DNA of 64,000 bases from a virus: positions 64,001 through 128,000 of the IMG/VR virus record IMGVR_UViG_3300047311_000323, one strand, 5' to 3'. Below are positions 1-9,172 of this stretch, piece after piece. Under the pieces are notes generated by a model. The model was not told where the DNA came from. It worked only from the letters and a program-made list of their open reading frames with translations, and ran no database searches. The position numbers and the translations under genes were made by a program. The first letter of the stretch is position 1. The number at the start of each line of letters is the position of its first letter.

Positions 1-1263
1 TAGTCCCTTAGCTTCATCTTCAAGGGCGTCAAATGGACTTTTCTTCTTACCCTCTTCACTTGGAGCTGGAGTTTCACTACCACCACCGCCGGGTGTGGTT
101 GGAGTTTTATCACCAGAAGGGGCAGTAAAGTTTGAAGACACTTCAGACTGACTTGTAGTCAATTCTTGTTGAGCCTTTTGCTTAATGCTTTCGACGCCCT
201 GCATAACTTTGCCCAAATTAGCTAAGTCTACCTTCAAAGTTTGTAATGCATGCTTGACATCATCAAAATCATCAGCGACTAAACCGCCGCCACCATGCAA
301 GAAGTCAACAGAGTCTACCAATGAAGATAACATGCCTTTTTGTGCAACAGCGCGCTGCTTGTAAGCGTCATTGCTGAAGCTAGCAATAGTGGTGTTGATA
401 AATGGATAAGAGCTTGTCATTTGAGCTTGCAAATCTTGCACAGCTTTAATTGCATCATGAGTTTCAGGCTCATCTAGCATCTTCTTTAGCTCTTCAGCAT
501 TTTTAGGAGTCTGCATCTTATCAAGAATTGGAATAGCCTTCATAACAGCAGTATTAAGTTTAGCTAACTCAGCTTTCAATTGCTGGAGAGTTTGAATGAA
601 AGCTGGCGTGTAAGAATAACCGACTTCAAAATTCGTATTAGAATTTAGCAAGTCATCAATTTCAGCCGTGGCTTTTTCATAGTCTCTTGTCCAACCATCA
701 CTGTGGAAACGCAAGTGTTGCTTAGCATAAATTGCGCCTATTACGATAGCGGCAGCGGCTAAGGCAGGAAGTACCCAGGCTGTTTTTTCAAGACTTTTTT
801 TTTGAGACATCTGCTGAAGACAGACATCAGCCAATTTACGAAGTTCTTCGTTATCACGGGCGTCAAGCTCGTTGCCAATACGCACCAAAGAAAGCAACAA
901 ATTCTTCCTGGCATATTTACGATTGATGAGGTGACCGTCCGGAGTCTTCATCACGATACGAATTCTGATGTTCTGGCCTTCGTTCTCGTTTTCGACGAGA
1001 CCGTTTAATTTATCATAAGATGGAGCGATGACAACAGAATCTGGATGCGCATCTTCAATGATGTTACGCTTGTATTCCATATCCTTTGGTAGCTCAGGCT
1101 TGGTATTGTATAGTTTGCTAATCTGCTCAATGGTTAACGAATCGAATCTTGGATTCGTCTCAGAGAAATCCTTCTCGGTATGCTCAGCCTTTTGTGCTGT
1201 AGACACGAGTCCCCTCTCTTGGGCAATTTTAGCAAAGCTTTCAAATATCTCACTTTTTCTCAT
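1..1263 (-). CDS. Putative internal head/ejection protein, 3' end beyond window (absent from ORF track)
   Basis: Manual translation is open from ATG 1263 to base 1 (MRKSEIFESFAKIAQERGLV...). SD AGGTG upstream. N-terminal domain resembles ORF 4983..6251. A hydrophobic stretch WVLPALAAAAIVIGAIYA follows LEKTA. Confidence 0.85.
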   Translation of the reverse strand, partial: MRKSEIFESFAKIAQERGLVSTAQKAEHTEKDFSETNPRFDSLTIEQISKLYNTKPELPKDMEYKRNIIEDAHPDSVVIAPSYDKLNGLVENENEGQNIRIRIVMKTPDGHLINRKYARKNLLLSLVRIGNELDARDNEELRKLADVCLQQMSQKKSLEKTAWVLPALAAAAIVIGAIYAKQHLRFHSDGWTRDYEKATAEIDDLLNSNTNFEVGYSYTPAFIQTLQQLKAELAKLNTAVMKAIPILDKMQTPKNAEELKKMLDEPETHDAIKAVQDLQAQMTSSYPFINTTIASFSNDAYKQRAVAQKGMLSSLVDSVDFLHGGGGLVADDFDDVKHALQTLKVDLANLGKVMQGVESIKQKAQQELTTSQSEVSSNFTAPSGDKTPTTPGGGGSETPAPSEEGKKKSPFDALEDEAKGL

Positions 1264-1314
1264 GTGTTTTCACCTAAAAGGAAATTATATTGATATGTTC
1301 CGATATGCCCGATT

Positions 1315-2430
1315 TTAGGGAGCACTTTTGGCTACATCATCGATAAAATAGTCTACCAATTGTTTTTTAGACGTGAACAATCCTGGTATGAACGTAATGG
1401 AACTTCCCTCATTATGAGTATTGTACCAAACGATATTGTCTTTAACTGCCTGAAATGCAGGACTGTTTCTTATTAAACCCTCTTTGCCATCAAGCCCATT
1501 GTATACGTCTTTTGTAAACTGAACAACCATATTCTCAATATTTTGAGGGTTATTGACTACCGGCATACTACTTGGCAACGGACTATCGCCTTTAGGCGGA
1601 AACTTTGTCTGGGTTGCTTTTGGACCGCTTGGAGGCGCTGGTGCAGACTCTGAGCTTTCTTGACCACGCTGATACGTGCCACTAAGAGCGCTTGGACGAC
1701 CCATTACTTCATTAGCAACATCGCCTGCTACCATTAGTCCGGCAGAGGCCAATGCAAGCTTAATGACCCAACCAAAAACTTTACCAAGTAAATTGGTGCC
1801 TTTTGATTTGGTGTTTCCAAAGAAACCAGCCATTTTAACAACTGGGTCCTTAGTAAGTCTCATTGCCTGGTTTTCATATTCAATGAGAGCTAGCCTAAAT
1901 ATTCTAGCATCACTCAGTAACTCAAGTGAGCTGTAGATTTTTTTATCATCAGCTTGGGCTTCGGCAGGTGCTTGCTGTCCTTGTTGCCTTTGTTTTAGAT
2001 CCTGAAGTCCTTTTGACTCTTCTTCTGGAGTTGGTGCCTGATTGTATTGTTGAGTGGTTGCTTCAGCAGCCGCATCAACTTCAGCAGAGGAAACTTTCTT
2101 ACCACCGCTAATCATTTCTTTGACTTTACCATACAAAGAAGTGAGCATGCCGCTAACGTCTACATGGAATACATCCATTAATAGACCAAGCAGAAATCCC
2201 CATTTACCAATTCCAAATGATTGGAATAGTAACCACAAAGCACCTGGCGCTAGAATATCTAGAACACTTTTGACAGGATTCTTTGGGTCTATTTGATGGC
2301 TAAAATAGTCCTTAGCTTTGCCAAGCAAATCTTGGACGAAGTTAGCCTTCTTATAGAATTTGGGGTCCGCTAATATGGTTTCTACAAGGAGTGTATCAAC
2401 ACAAAAGCTGACTTCACTATTGGATATCAT
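1315..2430 (-). CDS. Hypothetical virion protein with two hydrophobic/amphipathic segments
   Basis: 371-aa ORF with segments ILAPGALWLLFQSFGIGKWGFLLGLL and LLGKVFGWVIKLALASAGLMVAG. Carries KKA and KMA motifs. Function inferred from context. Confidence 0.7.
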   Translation of the reverse strand: MISNSEVSFCVDTLLVETILADPKFYKKANFVQDLLGKAKDYFSHQIDPKNPVKSVLDILAPGALWLLFQSFGIGKWGFLLGLLMDVFHVDVSGMLTSLYGKVKEMISGGKKVSSAEVDAAAEATTQQYNQAPTPEEESKGLQDLKQRQQGQQAPAEAQADDKKIYSSLELLSDARIFRLALIEYENQAMRLTKDPVVKMAGFFGNTKSKGTNLLGKVFGWVIKLALASAGLMVAGDVANEVMGRPSALSGTYQRGQESSESAPAPPSGPKATQTKFPPKGDSPLPSSMPVVNNPQNIENMVVQFTKDVYNGLDGKEGLIRNSPAFQAVKDNIVWYNTHNEGSSITFIPGLFTSKKQLVDYFIDDVAKSAP

Positions 2431-3893
2431 TTTTGGCTTTTCACTTCTTGGTCAATACTATATCTCAATCTATTGAGAGTATCCATATTAGCCGTCTGAG
2501 GGCCACCAGGAGTTATTTGCTGCTGCATGGCACGGTAGTCAATATACTTTCCTCTAGCTGGATCTTGAGCAATTGTTTGTAGAGAGTTTACCAAGCGCTG
2601 GTATAACTGTCCAGCATACATGATAACTTCCATTAGTTGGTCAGCCGCAATCGTTGCGTAAGAACCATTTTGAAGCATGGACTTGAATTGATCTTTAGTC
2701 ATATTGTAGAGATTGATAGTATCAGTTCCACTGTAATATGATTTGAATTTCTTCATGCCAGCATCTAGTTTGTTAACCATATCTGTGACGGCCGGATCGT
2801 TAGCATACTGTCCATACAAAGTTAGGAACTTAGTAAGCTCTGGGAAACTGATGTATTGGCTGTTGAATGGCTTCAAAGAAGATAGCTGCATCAAAATCTG
2901 TGGTGATGCTGCGGCTAGACCGCCACCAGCTCCACCCGGTTTCTCTTGACCTGGCTGCTGTTGTCCGCCCAAATCACATCTGATTTCTGCAGCAATGGCT
3001 TTGACCTTTTGAGCATAAGCGGCAGCTACGGCTTTTGCATCGGCAGAAGTTGCTCTGGCTGCATTGAATGCAGCTCTCTGATTTAGAATCTTAAGCACGG
3101 CGCAATGATCAAACTCTGGGTGATTAATCATCATACCACCGGTATGTCCACCGATGTTGAGGCCAATCTTTTTATTACTCAGCCAAGCGTTTAGAGTAGT
3201 ACTATCTTTGAGATCGCCAAGTGTTAATGGAATATTGCCCTGAGTAGAGTACTGAGTAGGGTTTAGTTCTTGTGTCGTATTATCTGCAACAGTACTATCT
3301 GGTAGAGTCTTCTCTGGCTCTTTATATTGCTCGCTGATATCCAAATCAAGTTGCGTATTAGCATCTTGAATCAACTTTAGTAGCTGAACTTGGAACATAA
3401 CATTGTTCTTGAGCTTTGGATCTCCCTGAAGAGAAACTAGATAATTCTTCAAAGCTTCAGGATTGATCCAGTAAGCAACTACTGATCTATCTGGGGTAGC
3501 TAATGGTACAACAATTTCAGTACCTGGCTCGATTTTGAAATAACCATAGTCATCACTTGGACGCTCTCTATTTCCAGGATATACGATAGTACCGCCGCCA
3601 AATCTGGTTCCATTGCTGGAGAGCCACTGTACTAAATCTCCCATGCTGTCCATGTTGTGACTGAAAACATCAGCACCACTAGTTTCGTGAGTAATTGAGC
3701 CGCCGGGATCTTTGCCTGGAGTAATCTGATTCTTCAAATTATTCAAGATGGATTTTAGGGCAGTAGCGATTGGTTGTTCTGGTTGTGCAGTAGGCGCAGC
3801 TTGGCCCTTCTTCGCAAGCTTGGCCTCTGATTCAAGACCTGCTTGTAGAAGTTGACTAACTAACCAGGGATTTTCGTAAATCAATTTTGACAT
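2427..3893 (-). CDS. Hypothetical virion/internal head protein
   Basis: 488-aa ORF overlapping its neighbour by 4 nt. AKKG-Q motif near the N-terminus, Gly/Gln linker. No recognised domain. Confidence 0.7.
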   Translation of the reverse strand: MSKLIYENPWLVSQLLQAGLESEAKLAKKGQAAPTAQPEQPIATALKSILNNLKNQITPGKDPGGSITHETSGADVFSHNMDSMGDLVQWLSSNGTRFGGGTIVYPGNRERPSDDYGYFKIEPGTEIVVPLATPDRSVVAYWINPEALKNYLVSLQGDPKLKNNVMFQVQLLKLIQDANTQLDLDISEQYKEPEKTLPDSTVADNTTQELNPTQYSTQGNIPLTLGDLKDSTTLNAWLSNKKIGLNIGGHTGGMMINHPEFDHCAVLKILNQRAAFNAARATSADAKAVAAAYAQKVKAIAAEIRCDLGGQQQPGQEKPGGAGGGLAAASPQILMQLSSLKPFNSQYISFPELTKFLTLYGQYANDPAVTDMVNKLDAGMKKFKSYYSGTDTINLYNMTKDQFKSMLQNGSYATIAADQLMEVIMYAGQLYQRLVNSLQTIAQDPARGKYIDYRAMQQQITPGGPQTANMDTLNRLRYSIDQEVKSQK

Positions 3894-3894
3894 G

Positions 3895-4977
3895 TTAACC
3901 TAAATCCTTCCCCAATAGCTTTTCTTGCTGGGCCCAGATTTGATCAACTACATTTTGTGGAGTTACTTTAGATCCTTCTGGTATCAATTTCTTTAAAGCA
4001 TTCAAACTAAGCAAACTATCAATGGATACTTCTACTGGACCAGCGCCAAGGTCAACAGTAAATCCTTGAGGAAATTGTTGTTTCGCCAAATTTACTTGCT
4101 CTGGGGTTACTGGAGATTTGTATGACTTAAATGGTACAGAGTCTTCAATAAACTGTTGATAGGCTGGATGCTGCAAGATATTTTTCTTTACCTCATCATA
4201 CATCTTCTTAATGGCTTTGACGTGTTGAGTAACGACTGGAGCGGCTTCAACTTTTTGTTGTGGAGTTAGTGTGTTGTTTGGCGTTGCTGCTTTTTCCAAT
4301 TCAGCTAAAGATGATCTATCATAAGATGTAATTTGCATTTTCTTAGTGGCAAAACGATTTACATCATCTACGAAATCTAATAAACCAGAAGCGAATGCAT
4401 ATGCATCACGGACGGCGGCATTAGTACGAGGACCCCAAGCGCCATCAACAACTTTCTCTCCCTTTTTTGGATACCCAATACGATTCATAGTATCCATAAC
4501 TACGCTCATACGTGTTGGGTCATCAGGTTTCTTTTGAGAAACATCGGTAACATTAGGGTTCGGATCAAACTCAACACCTGGCACTTTGGTGTTTCTCATA
4601 TAGTTCTTGGCCAAGAATACTCCGAAAGCATCACGAGCCTTAGCTTCTTTTTCTTTTCTTGGGTCTCCACTAAATGCATCTTGTAGATTAATCTGTGAAG
4701 ATACTGCTTGCGCCAGCTCTTGAAGAGCTTGTTGCATTGACATGATGTTGACGTTGCCTCCGCCACCACCGGCACCACCACGACCTTGTGGTGCAACAGG
4801 CTTAGCGCTCCATGCATCACCTAAACCGCCAGGATCTGCAGTCGGAGCCGTAGTTGTACTAGCTGGAGTATTAGCAGGTGGCTTGTTAACCACTACATTA
4901 TCCAATTCGCCCTCGGCTATCTTTTTGATTTCTGCGACTATTTTTCTTAGCCTTGATTCTGTCATGATTTTATCCAT
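3895..4977 (-). CDS. Hypothetical virion protein with peptidoglycan-binding-like motif
   Basis: 360 aa. VVDGAWGPRTNAAV matches the DGxxGxxTxxA helix motif of PG_binding_1-type domains. KKIA motif followed by a Pro/Gly linker. Confidence 0.6.
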   Translation of the reverse strand: MDKIMTESRLRKIVAEIKKIAEGELDNVVVNKPPANTPASTTTAPTADPGGLGDAWSAKPVAPQGRGGAGGGGGNVNIMSMQQALQELAQAVSSQINLQDAFSGDPRKEKEAKARDAFGVFLAKNYMRNTKVPGVEFDPNPNVTDVSQKKPDDPTRMSVVMDTMNRIGYPKKGEKVVDGAWGPRTNAAVRDAYAFASGLLDFVDDVNRFATKKMQITSYDRSSLAELEKAATPNNTLTPQQKVEAAPVVTQHVKAIKKMYDEVKKNILQHPAYQQFIEDSVPFKSYKSPVTPEQVNLAKQQFPQGFTVDLGAGPVEVSIDSLLSLNALKKLIPEGSKVTPQNVVDQIWAQQEKLLGKDLG

Positions 4978-4982
4978 GGTGA

Positions 4983-6251
4983 TTATTGGGCTGGGGCTTT
5001 ATCAATGATTGCCGTTTTGAAGTAATTCAGCTTAGCAGTTACATCGGCGATAAGCTTATCTAGGTCTGCTTTGATAGATACAATGTCTGTGTCTTTTTTG
5101 TCCATATAGCTCTTTAGAACAGCTACGTTACTTCCGACACCAGCCAAGAAGTTTGTGATTTTAGCTTTTGAAGCTGGTGGGACTCTATTTTCAAAATGCA
5201 TATTTGTGTAAAGCTCGTATCTTTGGATAAGGGCATTTACTTGATTTTTGAAATCAGGAGCCTGGCTTACTGGCATTTTAGGAGCTGGTACGCCTGGAGG
5301 TAGTCTGGTTTGATCTGCAACCCAAGCGGTTGTAGGGGCCTTCAAATCATTGGTTGCCTGAATGGCGCCTTGGAAATCATTTGTTGCGGCCGTTCTTACC
5401 TCTTCATTATTAGAGTTCATGTAGACGGTAGTTTTAGCTTCTTCGAAAGCTTCTATCATTGCATTCAACTTAGGAACTGTAATTTCCTTGCTGGTTCGCA
5501 TTTCACTAACAACATTATTGGCTTTTTGAATTGTTCTTCCAAGATCACCAAGCCAATTGGTGTGTTCGTATCCAATCCAAGTTGTATGTTCTGCGTCTGT
5601 TTGTTCTTCTTTACCTTGCTTCATAGCAAGCTGTATTTTAGACATACCAGCGGCAGCTCTTTGATAAGCGCCGTATGCTGCCTCTATTAAATAGTTGGTA
5701 ACATATCTCTTCCACTTGTCTGGAGACGTTGACCAATCTTGAGCCATTTCAGGGCCAGTCCAATCTCTTGTTTGTGGTTGGGCTTGGCCGAGTACATTTC
5801 TAACAGAGTTAAGAATGGATGCGTTAGACAATTTACCGGTTGGCTTCTTGTTAACCATCTCAAGGTGTTTGAGATGTTGGTCAATAATAGTTTCAACAAC
5901 TGCTTCATCGCCTGCAACACCCTCTAGCTTGTGACTGCCTTTAGGATGAGCGGCATCAACTAAGTCATCACCCTTCTCTTTAGAAGTTTCGTAAAGAGTT
6001 TGAGCTTGCTTGTAGTTGAGATAGTTTGTTTCAATCTCGGCAGCCTCTTTAGCAAGACCTTGAGTCCTGAGACCAGCACATAGTTTGAAGATGTTCTCCA
6101 TAAGGTTAGGAGTTGGCGTGTAGTCCGCCTTCTTGGCAACAGAAGCCTTCTTTTCTAGAGTCTCTGGTTTAACCAGACCCTTTTCCTTTGCAACCTTTTC
6201 TAAGGCTCGCATAGTAGGAGAATCCTCGAATTTCATGTGTTTAAAAGTCAT
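4983..6251 (-). CDS. Putative internal head protein, paralogous N-terminus with ORF 1..1263
   Basis: Start refined to ATG 6251 (GAGG SD). Several K-x-A motifs (KKAS, KKAD, KEAA, KQAQ). Shares an LYxT...DAHP...VE...KxPxGxL block with the ORF at 1..1263. Confidence 0.75.
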   Translation of the reverse strand: MTFKHMKFEDSPTMRALEKVAKEKGLVKPETLEKKASVAKKADYTPTPNLMENIFKLCAGLRTQGLAKEAAEIETNYLNYKQAQTLYETSKEKGDDLVDAAHPKGSHKLEGVAGDEAVVETIIDQHLKHLEMVNKKPTGKLSNASILNSVRNVLGQAQPQTRDWTGPEMAQDWSTSPDKWKRYVTNYLIEAAYGAYQRAAAGMSKIQLAMKQGKEEQTDAEHTTWIGYEHTNWLGDLGRTIQKANNVVSEMRTSKEITVPKLNAMIEAFEEAKTTVYMNSNNEEVRTAATNDFQGAIQATNDLKAPTTAWVADQTRLPPGVPAPKMPVSQAPDFKNQVNALIQRYELYTNMHFENRVPPASKAKITNFLAGVGSNVAVLKSYMDKKDTDIVSIKADLDKLIADVTAKLNYFKTAIIDKAPAQ

Positions 6252-6278
6252 TGATGGCCTCAATTGAGTAGATTGTCT

Positions 6279-6290
6279 ATAATATGCGGT
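6279..6290 (-). promoter_or_regulatory. Candidate phage promoter ACCGCATATTAT inside a 9-bp inverted repeat (6276..6298)
   Basis: An identical 12-mer occurs at 24454..24465. The two copies lie 28 and 33 nt upstream of a start codon. Confidence 0.5.
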
Positions 6291-6341
6291 ATTATAGAAA
6301 GCTTCTACTAAATAAAAGAATATGCAGCTATTCTTAGGGGT

Positions 6342-7031
6342 TTAGAACCACAAGACTTCGATCATTGGGTTCATCGGAGTCGGTGGAGCAGTAACCATTG
6401 CAACAGCAGGGTGAATCGGACTTGGCCTACGAGTGGTTAAGAAGCCCGTCTCAGAAACATATAAGTTAGCTCTGACAGGGTATTGCTGATTGGTTTCATA
6501 CTGGTCAGTTTGAAAAAACATTCTTTCAAACCAAACCGTCATTCTACCAGAACCAGCAGTGCTGTCATCTCCTGGGATATTAGCTACTTGGTAAGTATAA
6601 TTAACAATTGCTTTGATGGCATTTGGCTGTCCAGTACCTGCTAAGTCTAAATTCAGAGGTGTTCCAGCCACAAAAGTAATAATTCCATTCACAGGATTCA
6701 AGACTACATTTACTGTAGAGTTGAAACTGGATGGAACAATATTTGGCTTTCTTAATTCTGCTTTGATATCAACCGGAGTAACTAAAACTCCGCCTGGACC
6801 TGGGACACCAACTGCTGGAACAATGACAGATTCGTTCCAAGAAACGTTGGTAAATGCTTTGGTTTTAATGTCGTCAATAACGCCAATAGGTGCGGTACCG
6901 TTGCTAACAGTAGCCATTACCTGATTACCAATAACTGTTAATTCAGCTATTTGGCCCGGCTGAAATTCTGCTGATGGGTCGCAGATGAAACTGACGGGTA
7001 ACGTGTTACCCACTTGTACTAGTCTTAGCAT
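6342..7031 (-). CDS. Probable capsid decoration/cement protein
   Basis: 229 aa, beta-rich. The N-terminal FQPGQIAELT...PIGVIDD and C-terminal FQTDQYE...Y...LYV...GFLTT patterns are typical of head decoration proteins. Lies downstream of the protease gene. Confidence 0.55.
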   Translation of the reverse strand: MLRLVQVGNTLPVSFICDPSAEFQPGQIAELTVIGNQVMATVSNGTAPIGVIDDIKTKAFTNVSWNESVIVPAVGVPGPGGVLVTPVDIKAELRKPNIVPSSFNSTVNVVLNPVNGIITFVAGTPLNLDLAGTGQPNAIKAIVNYTYQVANIPGDDSTAGSGRMTVWFERMFFQTDQYETNQQYPVRANLYVSETGFLTTRRPSPIHPAVAMVTAPPTPMNPMIEVLWF

Positions 7032-7082
7032 TAGTGTCCTTTATATCACTTATACCGCTCTAGTAGCTATATAACGTTTGGA

Positions 7083-7928
7083 TTAATCTCTTTCGTCTTC
7101 AAAATCTTCAATAGCGGAATCATTATCAAAGACCTCTAAAGTGTCTTCTCCAATTTCCATTCCCATTAGCTCATCGTCAGAAGCGCCAACATCAAAATTT
7201 GGTGAGCCGAGTAGCTCGGCAAATTCAGGATCAATACCACCATCTTCGGCCATGTTAAAAACTGTACCGTGGTGTTTTAGGTTCTCAACTTCTTTGTCAG
7301 GAGTTAAGCCTTTGGTGTGATGGTCAGGTGAACTTTTTTTTTGAGCGATGCTCTTAAAGACCAACTCATCGGGGCCTTTTGGTAGCTTCTCATCATATTG
7401 TGGTCTCAGCAAACTCTTTCCTTCAAACTCTTCGCCTGGTTGGAGATTGCTTGGATCAACTGGTGTTGTTGGATTTGACATCCAGTCATAGATTTTGCTG
7501 AAAGAACGGTTTGGATCCATTACTTGCTTGGCATCATCTTCAGACATAACGTTGGTTGGTCCAATGAATCTTCCAATTTGGTGATCAGAATATCCAAGAC
7601 CACGTAGAATCAAATTGAACTTAGCTTTGGCAATTGGGCTTCCCTTAGCAAACTCATGCATGTCACGTTGAGTCAATCCAGCTTCCATTAGTTTATGGAC
7701 GGATGGCATTTGCTGAACGTCACGTGCCTCGTTGCTTTGCGCAAGCTTTTGTAGAAGTTGCAGAACTTGATCCGCCCTGGCGGCCATACCCTGCTCTTCA
7801 AAAATTTCTAAAGCAGCGTGGAGGCAGTCAGCGGCCTTAGAAACGCCTGGCTTCTCGCCAGCCGCTTGCTTACGCAACTGCTTTTCCATTCCTGCAATTA
7901 GTTCATCTTCAAAAAGAGATTTTGCCAT
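7083..7928 (-). CDS. Hypothetical head protein, paralog of 7937..8422 at the N-terminus
   Basis: FEDELxxxMEK...AADxLxxAxxIFxxxGM block shared with the adjacent gene. KQAA, KLAQ and SIAQ motifs. Acidic tail. Confidence 0.75.
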   Translation of the reverse strand: MAKSLFEDELIAGMEKQLRKQAAGEKPGVSKAADCLHAALEIFEEQGMAARADQVLQLLQKLAQSNEARDVQQMPSVHKLMEAGLTQRDMHEFAKGSPIAKAKFNLILRGLGYSDHQIGRFIGPTNVMSEDDAKQVMDPNRSFSKIYDWMSNPTTPVDPSNLQPGEEFEGKSLLRPQYDEKLPKGPDELVFKSIAQKKSSPDHHTKGLTPDKEVENLKHHGTVFNMAEDGGIDPEFAELLGSPNFDVGASDDELMGMEIGEDTLEVFDNDSAIEDFEDERD

Positions 7929-7936
7929 TTGGGTCC

Positions 7937-8422
7937 TTATACAAAAAACTTTGCGACCTTTAGTGCAGTCATAATCTGACTGACTAATTTATCTTTAACT
8001 TCTGGGTCTGTTATATCATGCTCTTTAGCTACATTAGAAACAGCTTCAGATAAAGTACTGTCTCCTTTGAGAACACTTCCAATCTTCTTGGCTAAACCAA
8101 TCAACTGTGCGGGGGTAGACATCTCTAACAGATTGTGTAAATCATGTTCGTTGACGCCTAACACATCGATTTTGCTCATCAAATCGGACAAAGAAAAAGC
8201 CTCACTAATCAATTGGTCAATGGCCATTGATTGCAAGACTTTTGTAACTTCTTCAGATTCTTTGCGCATACCTGCACGGTCGAAAATATCGGCCGCAGTA
8301 TTCAAAAGGTCAGCAGCTTGAGCTAGCTTATTGAAACCGTGAGTATTCTCGGTCTGGTTTTTGACTATAGTCTTCTCCATCGAACGATAGAGTTCGTCCT
8401 CAAAGCTGCCTAGTTTGTACAT
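7937..8422 (-). CDS. Hypothetical head protein, paralog of 7083..7928 at the N-terminus
   Basis: 161 aa with the same FEDEL/MEK/AAD-hairpin block. Confidence 0.75.
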   Translation of the reverse strand: MYKLGSFEDELYRSMEKTIVKNQTENTHGFNKLAQAADLLNTAADIFDRAGMRKESEEVTKVLQSMAIDQLISEAFSLSDLMSKIDVLGVNEHDLHNLLEMSTPAQLIGLAKKIGSVLKGDSTLSEAVSNVAKEHDITDPEVKDKLVSQIMTALKVAKFFV

Positions 8423-8430
8423 TGTCGTCC

Positions 8431-9144
8431 TTACTTAGAAGATTTGGATGACTTCTTGTCGTCCTTCTTGTCAGACTTCTTTGGATCGCTCTTCTTATCC
8501 TTTGCAGAATGAGAATCGCTCTTCTTGGAATCTTTCTTGTCGTCCTTCTTCTTAGCGAATGGATTAGACTTCTTGTCCTTAGCAGACTGAGAGTCACTCT
8601 TCTTTTTCTTGTCAGACTTCTTGGTATCCTTTTCCTTCTTCTTGGCTTCAACAGTCAAGGAAGCAATCTTTAGGACAAGGGCAGATCCACGACCGAGGCC
8701 AACGGAGTCTAGAGCGGCAGATGCAGTTAGCAAGCTGTCGATAGCTACGTCGAATGCAGCAGAAGCTTCTAGATCATCGTCAGCAGAGCTGTCGTCAGAA
8801 TCAGAGTCCTTCTTTGCCTTACGAGCATCGTTGTCATCATCGTCATCAGCATCGCTAGAATCAGAATCGGAATCCTTCTTTTTGCGTGCATCGTTGTCAT
8901 CCCAGGCGCTGGAGGAATCTGAATCAGAATCCTTCTTTGCCTTACGGGCGTCATTGTCATCATCGTCGGCCATGCAGCTATCTTTATCTGCGTGACTGGA
9001 ACCGCACTTGGAACAGGAATGCTTTGCATCATTCATGTCTTGTGCATACTTGTATTGAACATCGAACAACGACTTGTGTTCTTTGCTGTTTAGAACCGCA
9101 TTCATAGTTGCGGCTACAAAATCTGATACGCTCTGGTTTTTCAT
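8431..9144 (-). CDS. Low-complexity acidic/basic internal head protein (possible DNA-condensing protein)
   Basis: Three DDNDARK(A)KKDSDSD repeats, then a Lys-rich C-terminus with two SDSxSAKDKKSxP units and NPFAKK. GAGGA SD. Confidence 0.75.
   Translation of the reverse strand: MKNQSVSDFVAATMNAVLNSKEHKSLFDVQYKYAQDMNDAKHSCSKCGSSHADKDSCMADDDDNDARKAKKDSDSDSSSAWDDNDARKKKDSDSDSSDADDDDDNDARKAKKDSDSDDSSADDDLEASAAFDVAIDSLLTASAALDSVGLGRGSALVLKIASLTVEAKKKEKDTKKSDKKKKSDSQSAKDKKSNPFAKKKDDKKDSKKSDSHSAKDKKSDPKKSDKKDDKKSSKSSK
8790..8970. repeat. Three imperfect coding tandem repeats of about 60-66 bp
   Basis: The units encode DDNDARK(A/K)KKDSDSD(S/D)SxA. They are in frame, with no unique spacers. Confidence 0.85.
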
Positions 9145-9172
9145 TTGTAGTATCCTCGTTCTAGGTTAAGCT

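Noticed and set aside
8790-8970. Tandem repeats as a CRISPR array
   Set aside because: The units are degenerate, in frame and contiguous, with no unique spacers. They encode a protein repeat.
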